64,000 nt of DNA. Source: a virus. The stretch lies in the IMG/VR virus record IMGVR_UViG_3300009130_000002. The stretch is one strand, 5' to 3'. Below the pieces are notes generated by a model. The model saw only the letters and a program-made list of their open reading frames with translations, was not told the origin of the DNA and ran no database searches. This document shows positions 46,380 through 55,946 of the stretch, piece after piece. The first letter of the stretch is position 1; every line of letters starts with the position of its first letter. The position numbers and the translations under genes were made by a program.

Positions 46380-47066
46380 ATGTCAAAGAGATGGACAGAA
46401 GAAGAGAAAGAAATATTAACAAAACTATTAGAGAGACAAGATACTTACACTTATCAAGAACTAGCAGAGGTTTTGTCTCGACCAGTTAGTGGTGTCAGAG
46501 CTATCTGCGCACAATTAAACCTGCAATCCAGCGTAAAGAGAATTAATTCCAGAGGAGAAGAGATACTTTTTACGCTGTTGCGGGAGATTTATCCTTCATT
46601 ATCACTACAAAAACAATACCCTGTAGGAGATAAGCTTCATCTTGATCTCTACATCCCTGATTTAAATTTAGGCTTCGAGTATGATGGGGTACAACATACA
46701 GAAGAGAACTCCTTTTTCCATAAAAATAAAGATGCCTTTTTACGAGGCAAGATATTAGATGAAAAGAAAGAAGATCTCTGTGCTTCTCAAGGAATCCATT
46801 TAATTAGAATAAGTTACGAGGAAAAGCTGACTAAAGATCTGGTGGAATCTAAAATAGAAGCTATTGGTCCTGGTCCTGGAGCTGGGAATTACTCTAGAGA
46901 ATTAAGTGCCAAAGAGAAAAAACAAGTGTATAATAAAAAGTGTTATGAGATGGCAAAAACTAATAGAGATAATTCTGAATATCATAAAGAACTTAAGGAG
47001 CGCCAAAGAAATTACAGGAGGGAAAGATACCTCTACCTCAAGAGTATCAAAAAACAAAATGAATAA
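46380..47066 (+). CDS. Myb-like HTH fused to a Vsr/DUF559-like endonuclease (possible free-standing homing endonuclease)
   Basis: RWTEEEKEIL N-terminus; LHLDLYIPDLNLGFEYDGVQH...D..K...C...GI.LIRISY. Confidence 0.7.
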   Translation: MSKRWTEEEKEILTKLLERQDTYTYQELAEVLSRPVSGVRAICAQLNLQSSVKRINSRGEEILFTLLREIYPSLSLQKQYPVGDKLHLDLYIPDLNLGFEYDGVQHTEENSFFHKNKDAFLRGKILDEKKEDLCASQGIHLIRISYEEKLTKDLVESKIEAIGPGPGAGNYSRELSAKEKKQVYNKKCYEMAKTNRDNSEYHKELKERQRNYRRERYLYLKSIKKQNE

Positions 47067-47745
47067 ATATCAAGAAGCTTTAGACTTAATACATATGACA
47101 GATGAGATAGATTTAAGTGAAGAACTTCCTAGACATCCCACAAAAACTTATAAACAAAGAGACCTTTCAAAAATCAAAAGGATAGTTGTCCATACAACTG
47201 ATTGGACAACCACTCCCCAACGAATTGCAGAGTATGATATAGAACCAAATCATATCTCAGATACAGGTTGCGCTGCCATTACCTATCACGATATGATAGG
47301 AACTGACGGTGAAAGATATCACACACTCCCTTATGAAGAAGTCTCTTGGCATGCTGGCATGTGGAACGGAGGTTCCCTTGCTGTGGCCCTTATTTATCGC
47401 TGTAGCAACAAGAAGGGGCAAGATGTCTATGGCCCTAAGCGTAAACTTTTACACTCATTAGAAGTCCATTGTGGACAAATTTGTTTGAAGTTGGGCTTAA
47501 CTCCTGATAAGGTCGTTGGGCATAGAGAATTAAAAGGTACTGGCTGGACAATGTTTAAAGGCAGTAAGCGTTTAAGAAAGACATGTCCAGGACTTAAAGT
47601 TGACTTAGACAGATTGAGAGGAAACATTGCTAGATTTATGCAAATTGTACTTGGAGCTAATGGTTTTTATACAGGTAAAGTCGATGGATTGTTTGGCCCA
47701 CAATCTAAAAAAGCCCTTCAACGTTATCTCTCGCAGGAGTTCTGA
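47059..47745 (+). CDS. N-acetylmuramoyl-L-alanine amidase endolysin (Amidase_2) with C-terminal peptidoglycan-binding motif
   Basis: IVVHTT, YHDMI, SWHAG, VVGHREL, KTCPG zinc-amidase motifs; YTGKVDGLFGPQSKKALQ PG-binding motif. Confidence 0.9.
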   Translation: MNKYQEALDLIHMTDEIDLSEELPRHPTKTYKQRDLSKIKRIVVHTTDWTTTPQRIAEYDIEPNHISDTGCAAITYHDMIGTDGERYHTLPYEEVSWHAGMWNGGSLAVALIYRCSNKKGQDVYGPKRKLLHSLEVHCGQICLKLGLTPDKVVGHRELKGTGWTMFKGSKRLRKTCPGLKVDLDRLRGNIARFMQIVLGANGFYTGKVDGLFGPQSKKALQRYLSQEF

Positions 47746-48317
47746 TGTTTAGAGGCAAGGTCAAATGGAGTCCAGTTGAGATAGATTATCTTAAGAAGAA
47801 TAGAAGTGAGATGTCTATTAATCAACTGACTATAGCATTGGCTAAGTCTAGAAATGCTATTAATAAAAAATTAGATGAAATAGATGGTAAAATTACTACC
47901 ATTAAAAGAAATAAAAAATCTTACATTGGTAAGAGAAAAGACTTAGACGGGCAGTTCATGCGTTCCAGATGGGAAGCAAACGTAGCTCGTTGGTTAAACT
48001 ATAAAAACAGGAGATGGGAATATGAACCCGAAGTTTTCTTTTTTGATGGCATTAAGCATGGAACTGTTTCTTACTTGCCTGATTTCAAGGTTGGAACCTT
48101 ATGGCTTGAAGTTAAGGGACAGCTTGATCCAAAGGGTAAGACTGCTGTACGCAGATTTAAGAAGTTTTATCCTAAGGAATTTAAGAAACTACGGGCAGTC
48201 GTTGGTCGGCGCGGAACTAAAGCGGATCAATTCTTTATAGATATAGGTGTACCTATTATGGCATACTACAATGAACTCGATAAAAAATATAAAGACACTA
48301 TCCCTAATTGGGAATAA
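47745..48317 (+). CDS. HTH plus PD-(D/E)XK endonuclease (T7 endonuclease I-like)
   Basis: KWSPVEIDYL N-terminus; RSRWEANVARWL...WEYEP...YLPDF...LEVKG. Confidence 0.75.
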   Translation: MFRGKVKWSPVEIDYLKKNRSEMSINQLTIALAKSRNAINKKLDEIDGKITTIKRNKKSYIGKRKDLDGQFMRSRWEANVARWLNYKNRRWEYEPEVFFFDGIKHGTVSYLPDFKVGTLWLEVKGQLDPKGKTAVRRFKKFYPKEFKKLRAVVGRRGTKADQFFIDIGVPIMAYYNELDKKYKDTIPNWE

Positions 48318-48907
48318 TGAATGTTTTAGAAAATTTTAAAGATCTCTTTGAAGATCTAGTCAATATTACTTATGATACCTACTGGGATCAAGAGCTGTAT
48401 CCAAAAGCTAAGTGCCTAGTTGCCCTCCAAGAAAATCTTCACGAACTATTTAAAACCAGAAAACGCAGCCTTGTTCTAACAAGGGAAGAGATTGAGCAGC
48501 AACTATCCTTGTTGTGGCTTGGTTATGAAGATCAATATTATTCTAATAAGTCAAAGCCAACCTCAAGTATACGTGGCTATCTTACCTATAGATCTATCTG
48601 GGGTATCAGGGATTGGTTAAAATACGAATTAAATATCATAAGAGAATGTCAATTTGTATATCCTGAAGAAGAGCTAGAATATGACTTTAAAATAGATTTG
48701 AATTTTCTAATCAAGGGTGTTAATTATAATTTGTTAGCAGATCTCTCTCCTTATGAGAGATACTTAATTTTCTTAAGATTTAATGAAGATAAGAATTTAA
48801 AAGAAATTGCTCGCATCGTACAAAAAGATTCCCGAATGATTAAAAAACATTTAGGTTCAATACTAACAAAGCTAAAGGATAGTAGTCATAATGGATTACA
48901 AAATTAA
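48317..48907 (+). CDS. Phage RNA polymerase sigma-factor-like protein
   Basis: Region-4 HTH LSPYERYLIFLRFNEDKNLKEIARIV...IKKHLGSILTKLK; region-2-like SIRGYLTYRSIWGIRDWL. Confidence 0.7.
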   Translation: MNVLENFKDLFEDLVNITYDTYWDQELYPKAKCLVALQENLHELFKTRKRSLVLTREEIEQQLSLLWLGYEDQYYSNKSKPTSSIRGYLTYRSIWGIRDWLKYELNIIRECQFVYPEEELEYDFKIDLNFLIKGVNYNLLADLSPYERYLIFLRFNEDKNLKEIARIVQKDSRMIKKHLGSILTKLKDSSHNGLQN

Positions 48908-49118
48908 AAAAACTCAAGAAGATTTAATGAAAGATAGTTTATCTTATCCTCCAGAACAAACCACTGTTAAAGTGGCTGTTCCGGGGATAAAAAATTTACA
49001 TATGAAATCAGTAGAAGAGATTGCGGATACATTATCTAATGTAATTAGATCTCAAAATAATGTTACTGAAATTCGTTATGTTTTAGGTGAATATATAGAA
49101 CTTACTGTGGGCTCTTAG
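48891..49118 (+). CDS. Hypothetical protein (75 aa), last gene of the + strand block
   Basis: AAGGA SD; 3' end overlaps the converging gene by 17 nt. Confidence 0.55.
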   Translation: MDYKIKKTQEDLMKDSLSYPPEQTTVKVAVPGIKNLHMKSVEEIADTLSNVIRSQNNVTEIRYVLGEYIELTVGS

Positions 49119-49557
49119 CCTGCATATCCTGCATTAAGGAAGGGATAAGCTTGTTCCAAGTTTGTTCTAGCTCCTCATCGGTTACTACAGCATTTGCTTT
49201 CAGTGTTTCAATGAGTGTTTGTAGATGTGCTTGCGTGGTCCACTGACCAGCAATAGATGACTCCATACTCTTGATGACACCAACGGTATCATGCTGAAGC
49301 ATGTCAATAAACTCATCCATATTCTTTAAAGTTTTCTGGATAGAGTTCATCATATTACACATCTCAGGATAGCCTGAATCTGCATCATATGTTTCGATTG
49401 CTTTATCAAGCATAGATAATCCACCCTTGATTCCTCGCTTAATCATCTCAACATTAATGCCGTCTTTGCCTTCAGGCATTGGCTCTTCATTAAATGAATC
49501 CACAATCGAATCCATTTGTTCTTTTTCTTTATTTGGTAAATCAATTACATTAGACAT
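49102..49557 (-). CDS. Hypothetical helical protein (151 aa)
   Basis: AGAGGA SD; coiled-coil-like composition. Confidence 0.6.
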   Translation of the reverse strand: MSNVIDLPNKEKEQMDSIVDSFNEEPMPEGKDGINVEMIKRGIKGGLSMLDKAIETYDADSGYPEMCNMMNSIQKTLKNMDEFIDMLQHDTVGVIKSMESSIAGQWTTQAHLQTLIETLKANAVVTDEELEQTWNKLIPSLMQDMQAKSPQ

Positions 49558-49820
49558 TAATTGTCCTCTTTCTTTGTTGTCTGTTCTTCAAGGAGAACAA
49601 GGTACTCTTCCCATGATGAAACCCCCTCTTTATAGAGTTGAATTCCATCCATATGAGAATTTAAATCCAAATCAATAGACATGGCTTCTTTGTCTTCTGG
49701 TGTGTGTCCAGAGAACCCACACTTCCAACACTCAGGCCAAGCCCAGTTGGTTGATTCATTTATCATAACGACTATAAAATTACCATCACAAATCGGACAT
49801 TTACGAGATACCTTGCTCAT
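49557..49820 (-). CDS. Zinc-ribbon protein (87 aa)
   Basis: CPIC...CWKC. Confidence 0.6.
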   Translation of the reverse strand: MSKVSRKCPICDGNFIVVMINESTNWAWPECWKCGFSGHTPEDKEAMSIDLDLNSHMDGIQLYKEGVSSWEEYLVLLEEQTTKKEDN

Positions 49821-49840
49821 ATTACACCTTGAACTTTAAA

Positions 49841-50347
49841 TTATTTTTTTGCTAAACTAGAAATATGCTTTCCAATTAAACTCCATAAACCACCTGCTGA
49901 TGTAGAGATGGCTAAGGCATCTGCTAAAATTCTTTCCCATGGCCAACCAGAAGTCATTCCAACTGCTGCTGAGCCCAAGACTGCAATTCCTGCTGTAATC
50001 CAGGGGACTGCATCAGGAGGGAAAGATGACCAGAAGCTTCTGAGCGTCCAGATAAGAATCATAAGCAACAAGCCCATGACTAACTGGATTTTTCCTGCTT
50101 GAATTGCTTCTAGCATTTGCACACCTAGTACTACTACCTCATTCATATCATTTCCTTCTGGAATTTCTACTACTAAAGGCTCATTAATAATTGGTAAATT
50201 TGTTTGCTTAGTTTCTGAATCAGAAATTTCAACAGTAGGTGCTTCTACTTGTGATTGCCAGTCTTCGCTACTGGGAACCTCAGCAATAGCAAATGCTGCT
50301 GCAGAAATACCTGCTGTAAATAAGCAAATAGTTAATAAATTTTTCAT
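49841..50347 (-). CDS. Membrane protein with signal peptide and about 3 TM helices (holin-like)
   Basis: N-terminal signal, acidic linker, C-terminal hydrophobic helices ending GLWSLIGKH. Confidence 0.55.
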   Translation of the reverse strand: MKNLLTICLFTAGISAAAFAIAEVPSSEDWQSQVEAPTVEISDSETKQTNLPIINEPLVVEIPEGNDMNEVVVLGVQMLEAIQAGKIQLVMGLLLMILIWTLRSFWSSFPPDAVPWITAGIAVLGSAAVGMTSGWPWERILADALAISTSAGGLWSLIGKHISSLAKK

Positions 50348-50348
50348 T

Positions 50349-50801
50349 TTAACTCCTAACCTTGGGCTTCTTAGTTTTTCCTTTGGGAATAAAGCCTGGT
50401 TTTTTATAGTTTCCTTTGTGAGGAATCACGAATCTGACTCCTCCCGTGGGATCTTCTATATCTTTTTCATATCGTGGAATGATATGTATATGAAGATGGT
50501 CTATAGTCTGTCCAGCAGCTTTACCCAAGTTCATTCCAATATTATATCCATCAGGATTGTGAAGCTTATCCAGTATAGTCTTTATCGAATGCAAGGCAAG
50601 GAAGGTAGAGATGAATGTTCTTAATGGTAGGTCAAAGAGAGAAGCCATGTGCTCCTTAGGAATAAGCAACACATGGCCTTTATTTACAGGATATTTATCA
50701 TAAATGGCAAAGAAATATTTATCTTCCCAGAGAATTTTTCTATCAGGTTTACAAAATATGCAATCAGATCGTGCACTTATCTGAGTCGCAGTATTTGCCA
50801 C
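50349..50801 (-). CDS. HIT-family nucleotide hydrolase (start uncertain)
   Basis: CIFC, YPVNKGHVLLIPKEH, GYNIGMN.G.AAGQT, HLHIHIIPR triad. GTG at 50801 is a plausible start; the track's longer N-terminus lies inside the RNR gene. Confidence 0.9.
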   Translation of the reverse strand: MANTATQISARSDCIFCKPDRKILWEDKYFFAIYDKYPVNKGHVLLIPKEHMASLFDLPLRTFISTFLALHSIKTILDKLHNPDGYNIGMNLGKAAGQTIDHLHIHIIPRYEKDIEDPTGGVRFVIPHKGNYKKPGFIPKGKTKKPKVRS

Positions 50802-52752
50802 CTGCTTCAGTGTTTGTATCGCCTTCTTGCTGTAAGAAGACTGGTTTAATCTTCTTTGCAGCAGCTTCATACTCTTCTCTAGTAATCGGTTGAATAGGGG
50901 CATGTTTATATCCGTGTTCTATAAACGGAAGAAAGCTAATTGATTTCAATTTATGATCATAAAGTTCTAAGATCTTTTTGATATCTTTAGCTTCTTCTGG
51001 TTTAAAGTTTATCGTAACAGATACTTGATTGTCTGCCCAGTAGTGTTGCATCTGTGCAGCAATTTCAACTTGTTCCCAGATGGTTAAGTTCTGTACAGAT
51101 CTAGAAAAGTTTTCTTCCTTAACTGGGAAGTAAACAATTGCTGTTGTCTCTGTTTCCCCTTGTTCTATTCTGTATCCAGCATTTCGAAGCGCCGCAGTGA
51201 TAGCTGAGCCCTTGTCAAATCTAATTGTTCTCCAGTAGTACTCCGAATATGGGAAATGAATTCCATGAGTAGAACCGGGGAGAAGTGATACAGTTCCAGA
51301 TGGTTTAACAGATGTGACTTTAATCGACTCAGGTACACACAACCATCTACTGTAAATCCTGTCCAGATTTCTGATATATTGGTATCCTTCATCGCACCAT
51401 CGAAAATGTTCGCGTATGCCGTGTCTCGTAAATGATTGGGCAACTCCAGACTGAGAAGTCCCAATTCGTCTGTTTCGTAACATAACAGCATTTGTACGTT
51501 CGTTGTGTGTCTTAACGAGAGTAACAGTTTTCGCGTATAGATAGGCAAATTTAAGAGTTCTTTGATACTCGTCAAATGATCCATGTCTTGCGGGGAAAGT
51601 TTCTACTAAGCAGCATAACTCATACGACTCCAGAGATTGTTCGGAACATGGGTTAGCTCCTTCGACTAGCATGTCTTTGTAGTCTGGTGGATCACACATC
51701 CGACCATACTCTCTTGCTGTCTTAAGCCAGAAGTATCCAGGCTCACCATTCTTTGCTGTAATATTAGCAAGATTAGAATAGTTTGAGCCCACGTCAACGA
51801 ATACACTATTGTTGCTTGTCCAACGCCATTTATCAAGCATTTCTTGATTAACTTCTGGATCTTTTAATCTTAAAAATTCCTCATCATTTGCTTCACCAAA
51901 CATAATTTCAGCTGAACGTCTTACATTTCCACTGACTACACACCGACCAATAGCATTAAAGATATCTACAATAGCTGTGCTGTTGATCTGCTCTCCAATG
52001 ATGGGATTAAGAATATCTTGTAAATCCTGGACAAGTCTTTCTAATGGAGCCGGTCCAGAGGAAGTTCCTCCGAATCCCTTGATGGGCTGTCCATAGGGTC
52101 TAATTTGATCGTAGCTGATGTTTGAGGGCAACATACCCTTTCCTACGTAGCTATTAAGAACGTCTCTTATAAGCTCAACCCAGCCCTCTCTGGTGTCTGT
52201 TACGGTGTATAGTTCTTTACCTGGTTTAGGTTTTCGAATTTTTACCTTGCCTACTCCTTTGGTATCACCACCTACACCCACTCCTAGCATGCTCATGTCC
52301 ATGAGAAAGCAGAATGGGTCAGCAAAGTCAGTTGAAAGCGCCTTTGTGCTGACAAAGGAGCAGTTATTTAGACAGGCTCCACCTTTTTTCCATAGGAATT
52401 CCGTTCCCATCATCCATAAGCCCCTTCCGGGGGGTAGAAATTTAAAGTCCCAGATTAATTTAAACATTTCCTGGGCAGATTTCTGTGCTTTATTAGCATT
52501 CCATGGGAGACCTAGCTTCTTACAGTGGTAGCGTTGAATAGTATAGGTTCCTTCTACTACTCTCTTAACTGTTTCCCACCACTCTTCTGATCGATTCTCT
52601 TCTAGGATTGGTCTGGCATATGTTCTTTTGTAAGTAACATATCCAATAGGACCCCAGTCTGGCTGTTGTCCTTCGTATTCTTTCATAAAATTTTCATTTA
52701 AATTAAACTTAGAAGCTGAAAGCTCCTTGGGGGCGAATGCTTGATCTGACAT
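50764..52752 (-). CDS. nrdJ: Class II (adenosylcobalamin-dependent) monomeric ribonucleotide reductase
   Basis: PPGRGLW, LNNC, GVGVG, GNVRRSAE, GANPCSEQSLESYELCCL (NPCxE radical motif), VKPSGTVS, C-terminal CDSDKC redox pair. Confidence 0.92.
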   Translation of the reverse strand: MSDQAFAPKELSASKFNLNENFMKEYEGQQPDWGPIGYVTYKRTYARPILEENRSEEWWETVKRVVEGTYTIQRYHCKKLGLPWNANKAQKSAQEMFKLIWDFKFLPPGRGLWMMGTEFLWKKGGACLNNCSFVSTKALSTDFADPFCFLMDMSMLGVGVGGDTKGVGKVKIRKPKPGKELYTVTDTREGWVELIRDVLNSYVGKGMLPSNISYDQIRPYGQPIKGFGGTSSGPAPLERLVQDLQDILNPIIGEQINSTAIVDIFNAIGRCVVSGNVRRSAEIMFGEANDEEFLRLKDPEVNQEMLDKWRWTSNNSVFVDVGSNYSNLANITAKNGEPGYFWLKTAREYGRMCDPPDYKDMLVEGANPCSEQSLESYELCCLVETFPARHGSFDEYQRTLKFAYLYAKTVTLVKTHNERTNAVMLRNRRIGTSQSGVAQSFTRHGIREHFRWCDEGYQYIRNLDRIYSRWLCVPESIKVTSVKPSGTVSLLPGSTHGIHFPYSEYYWRTIRFDKGSAITAALRNAGYRIEQGETETTAIVYFPVKEENFSRSVQNLTIWEQVEIAAQMQHYWADNQVSVTINFKPEEAKDIKKILELYDHKLKSISFLPFIEHGYKHAPIQPITREEYEAAAKKIKPVFLQQEGDTNTEAGGKYCDSDKCTI

Positions 52753-52753
52753 G

Positions 52754-52975
52754 TTATTCCTCTAGGTCTAAAATTATTTGTTTGAATCTATCAATTCTGG
52801 AGGTATCTGACTTTGAAGATGTTCCTCTGATTCTTGCAGTTGTTCCATCAGAAGTTCTATAAATATAAATAACGTCTTCATTGGGTAGCGTGGAGGAAGT
52901 TACGGATAAAACTTTTGTTCCTAGACTGCTAATGTCTATGTACGAAAAATTATCGTAATCATAATCTCCTGCCAT
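52754..52975 (-). CDS. Hypothetical protein (73 aa)
   Basis: ORF packed between phoH and nrdJ. Confidence 0.5.
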   Translation of the reverse strand: MAGDYDYDNFSYIDISSLGTKVLSVTSSTLPNEDVIYIYRTSDGTTARIRGTSSKSDTSRIDRFKQIILDLEE

Positions 52976-53829
52976 TATACCTCAAAAACATCTGCAAACA
53001 GTTGGCTCACTGGGCTACGTTCACTTTTTATCAGCTCAAGTGAAGCAACAAAGGGGCTCTTTTGGGCACCTTTTGAATTCACAAATTTATAGATGCCTGT
53101 TTTTTCTATTTCAATTTTCTCATCTCTTTGTCCTAGGTCGCCCATGATAACAAGTTTACTGCCCTCTGCAACCCTGGTTCCTAAAGTAACCATCTCATGA
53201 TAGTCAAGAGTTTGTACTTCATCAGCAATAATAAAGGCGTCATGCCATGAAGCTCCTCTAATTAACTGTATAGGAATAAACTCAATTCTATATTGGTGCA
53301 CTAGGTCAACAACTGCATTTGGGTTTCCCCCGAGCATGAACTCTAGGTTACATAAATAGTTCTGTAGATATGGTCTAAACTTTTCATCCACATCTCCAGG
53401 TAATGCACCTAAGCCATGCTTTCCAACCCAGCTCATTGGTCTGGTAAGAATAATTCTTTGATATTTTTCTCTGTCCATTGCCTCTATTGCAGCAGCTAGA
53501 GTCAATAATGTTTTTCCTGTTCCCGCACGTCCTGTCAATGTGACGACTTTAATTTCATCATCAAGGAGCGCATCCATTGCCATACGTTGTTCTTTATTTC
53601 TTGGATAAAGATTTTGACATGAGATATTTACATCAAGAAGAATAAGCTCTCCCTTTTCTACCTTAGCTAAGGCGGAAGAGCTTTGTCCCGTAATATCTTT
53701 ACATACAACGTATAGATTTTCGGGACAGTCTCGGACTTCCTCCCAAAGAGGAATAACTTTATTCTCATATAAAGAATTAATAACAGATTGTTCTACTTCT
53801 AGAACTTTAACACCAGTGTAAGCTTCCAC
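52975..53829 (-). CDS. phoH: PhoH-family ATPase
   Basis: GRAGTGKT Walker A, LPGDVDEK, IRGASW, IIADEVQ, GDLGQRD. Confidence 0.9.
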   Translation of the reverse strand: MEAYTGVKVLEVEQSVINSLYENKVIPLWEEVRDCPENLYVVCKDITGQSSSALAKVEKGELILLDVNISCQNLYPRNKEQRMAMDALLDDEIKVVTLTGRAGTGKTLLTLAAAIEAMDREKYQRIILTRPMSWVGKHGLGALPGDVDEKFRPYLQNYLCNLEFMLGGNPNAVVDLVHQYRIEFIPIQLIRGASWHDAFIIADEVQTLDYHEMVTLGTRVAEGSKLVIMGDLGQRDEKIEIEKTGIYKFVNSKGAQKSPFVASLELIKSERSPVSQLFADVFEV

Positions 53830-53832
53830 TAG

Positions 53833-54213
53833 TTATTCTTTCCAGCCCTGCTCTTTCAGTAGGGTTTTTATGTCTGGGGGTTGCCAGCCTTCTGGCTTAA
53901 GTAGTTTGCCATCAGCTCTGTTATTTCCAGGGGATTTTGCCATGTTGGTTTTTTGAACTTCCTGCCAGATAGGTTCAATGTCCACCCCTGTTGCAATTGC
54001 GGTACCTAGGAGTACGTAAATAGAATCTGTTATTGCGTCCACGAATGAAGGGAAATCATTCTCTTCACAAGCTTCCTTAAGCTCTAGTACTTCTTCTTCT
54101 ACTAGAGCGATTCGTAATTTCATAGTATCTTCATCAGAAAAACCAGGGTCATCCCCGATTTTTTGTTCAAACTTTTTGTGGAACTGTTCCACGTCCTGTT
54201 GCCAGTTATTCAT
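53833..54213 (-). CDS. MazG-like (PRA-PH/dUTPase-type) nucleotide pyrophosphohydrolase
   Basis: LVEEEVLEL...DAITDSIYV...EVQKTNMAK...DGKLLKP.GW.PPD. Confidence 0.85.
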   Translation of the reverse strand: MNNWQQDVEQFHKKFEQKIGDDPGFSDEDTMKLRIALVEEEVLELKEACEENDFPSFVDAITDSIYVLLGTAIATGVDIEPIWQEVQKTNMAKSPGNNRADGKLLKPEGWQPPDIKTLLKEQGWKE

Positions 54214-54222
54214 TATCTATCC

Positions 54223-54450
54223 TTAGAGATCTAATAAGTTTTTTTCAATTGCCTCTTCAAGCCAAGCTTGAAATCTTTTATTGGACCATCTCTTTAGTCC
54301 TTGTTCTTTTTTAAACCAGATTTGAAATTCATCAGGAATATCTAAAACCATTTCTGATGTTCCGTCGTCTAGTTCTTTTACTTCAACAATTTTCAAAGTA
54401 AACATTGGTGAATCTTTAGATTTTGTCATCACAGCCGTCCTCGATGTCAT
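54223..54450 (-). CDS. Hypothetical protein (75 aa)
   Basis: ORF packed within the operon. Confidence 0.5.
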   Translation of the reverse strand: MTSRTAVMTKSKDSPMFTLKIVEVKELDDGTSEMVLDIPDEFQIWFKKEQGLKRWSNKRFQAWLEEAIEKNLLDL

Positions 54451-54814
54451 TAATAATTGCCTCCCATCTCTTTAAAGATTTATTAGTATTATCTTCGCTA
54501 AAATAGGATAGGTAAATAGAAACTTCTCCTATTTTACCTGGCAAATAAATCTCTAACATTCCAGTTGCTTTTAGCTCTGTAATTTTTTGAATAGGGCTGT
54601 AAGCACATGTTTTATGTTCTATGTCTAGAGATTTCATCTCCCAGAAAGCGATTTGATTTTCTATTACCTTTAAATAGTCTAAGTAGCCTTGAAATTCAAG
54701 CATTAATAAGGGTCGCATAGAACCTGTATAGCTAAGTAAGCCATTACATATCTCTGCCCACTTACCTTTAATTCTTTGAACAATCTTAAGTTCTTCTTGA
54801 TTCAAGTGTCTCAT
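54416..54814 (-). CDS. Hypothetical protein (132 aa)
   Basis: ORF overlapping both neighbours by short stretches. Confidence 0.5.
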   Translation of the reverse strand: MRHLNQEELKIVQRIKGKWAEICNGLLSYTGSMRPLLMLEFQGYLDYLKVIENQIAFWEMKSLDIEHKTCAYSPIQKITELKATGMLEIYLPGKIGEVSIYLSYFSEDNTNKSLKRWEAIINDIEDGCDDKI

Positions 54815-55946
54815 CGTTTGAGTGAGGCCATTCTACGAAGCTAAAGCCCCAGATAGGCTCCTCAGGTGTTACAAAGAAGTAACCCTGTCTAGCTGTATCC
54901 TCCTTGCCCATTTGTTCTGCGAGATCGTCAGGACCACACATGCAGCCATTACACATCACAAAACGTCCGAGCCAGTTTCCTACATGCCACTCATGCCAAT
55001 GACCATGAACCATAAAATCAAATTGCTTGCCAGCTATCCATCCAGCAACCTTTTCTCTCATATTGGAGGTTCCTGTATGTTTTACTCCATGGTGATTAGC
55101 CATTCCAATTCTATCTTTAACTAAGAAGGTTCGGAATGTATCAAAGTTGCAATTCATAATGATTTTATCATCATTATATTTTTTTGCTATCATGCTGACA
55201 ATCATATAGACAACATTATCCCAGTTTGTTTTTTCATTGGCAGTCTTACTAACTCTACCATGATTTCCAGGAACTGTTTCTATTCTAACTACAGTATCAG
55301 GGAATAAAGCTCTAAACTTTAATATCATTTCCCAAGTAGATTCTGCACAAACCTGAGTTTGTTCAATTGCAGAGCATTCAATATGATTGTTTTGTGTAGG
55401 GTAAATGTCTTCACCTTCAACCAGATCTCCTGCTAAAATAACTACGATTTCATCTAAGTCATTAAGTTTACTTGTTTTTAGCTTTAAATTATCTGGAATA
55501 CTAAGTAATCTTTTCTTAGCCTCTTCCATATTAAACCACTTAGTATGTTTACCAAAATGAAGGTCAGAAAGTACCAAACATAGAGAAGTCCCATTAGTTT
55601 GGGGAGGAATTTTGTGAGTTAAAGTAGTGTATTCTGTTTGAGCTAAATCAACTAAGCCTTCCAGCCATAGCCTTGCTTTCTCTTTATTTTCTTTTTTCTT
55701 TTGAGCTAAGTCTGTCTGTCCTAATAAAGAACCTGGATTTAGTAATGTTTCAATATTATTTTCAAAGTCATCCTCATCAGGTTCGTTTGAGTAAGCATCT
55801 CTTAGTTTTTTAATTTTCTTTTGTAAAGAGTCGTAGGTTCTTTGTGAAGAACCAAAGTAATTACAAAATTCTAAGTAAGCTTCTTTAGTGCTAAGCTCTA
55901 AGCATTGAGATAAAATTTCTATCTCTTGATCTGTCCAATGTTTCAT
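54786..55946 (-). CDS. Myb-like HTH fused to a calcineurin-like metallophosphoesterase
   Basis: HWTDQEIEIL N-terminus; SDLHFG, GDLVEG, PGNHG, HHG and GHWH motifs. Confidence 0.85.
   Translation of the reverse strand: MKHWTDQEIEILSQCLELSTKEAYLEFCNYFGSSQRTYDSLQKKIKKLRDAYSNEPDEDDFENNIETLLNPGSLLGQTDLAQKKKENKEKARLWLEGLVDLAQTEYTTLTHKIPPQTNGTSLCLVLSDLHFGKHTKWFNMEEAKKRLLSIPDNLKLKTSKLNDLDEIVVILAGDLVEGEDIYPTQNNHIECSAIEQTQVCAESTWEMILKFRALFPDTVVRIETVPGNHGRVSKTANEKTNWDNVVYMIVSMIAKKYNDDKIIMNCNFDTFRTFLVKDRIGMANHHGVKHTGTSNMREKVAGWIAGKQFDFMVHGHWHEWHVGNWLGRFVMCNGCMCGPDDLAEQMGKEDTARQGYFFVTPEEPIWGFSFVEWPHSNDETLESRRT

Noticed and set aside
50802-50903. Long N-terminal extension of the HIT protein shown in the track
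   Set aside because: It is an alternate frame of the nrdJ 3' end; HIT homology starts at about CIFC.
52975-53829. phoH as a novel auxiliary gene
   Set aside because: phoH is widespread in large phages, so it is not notable on its own.
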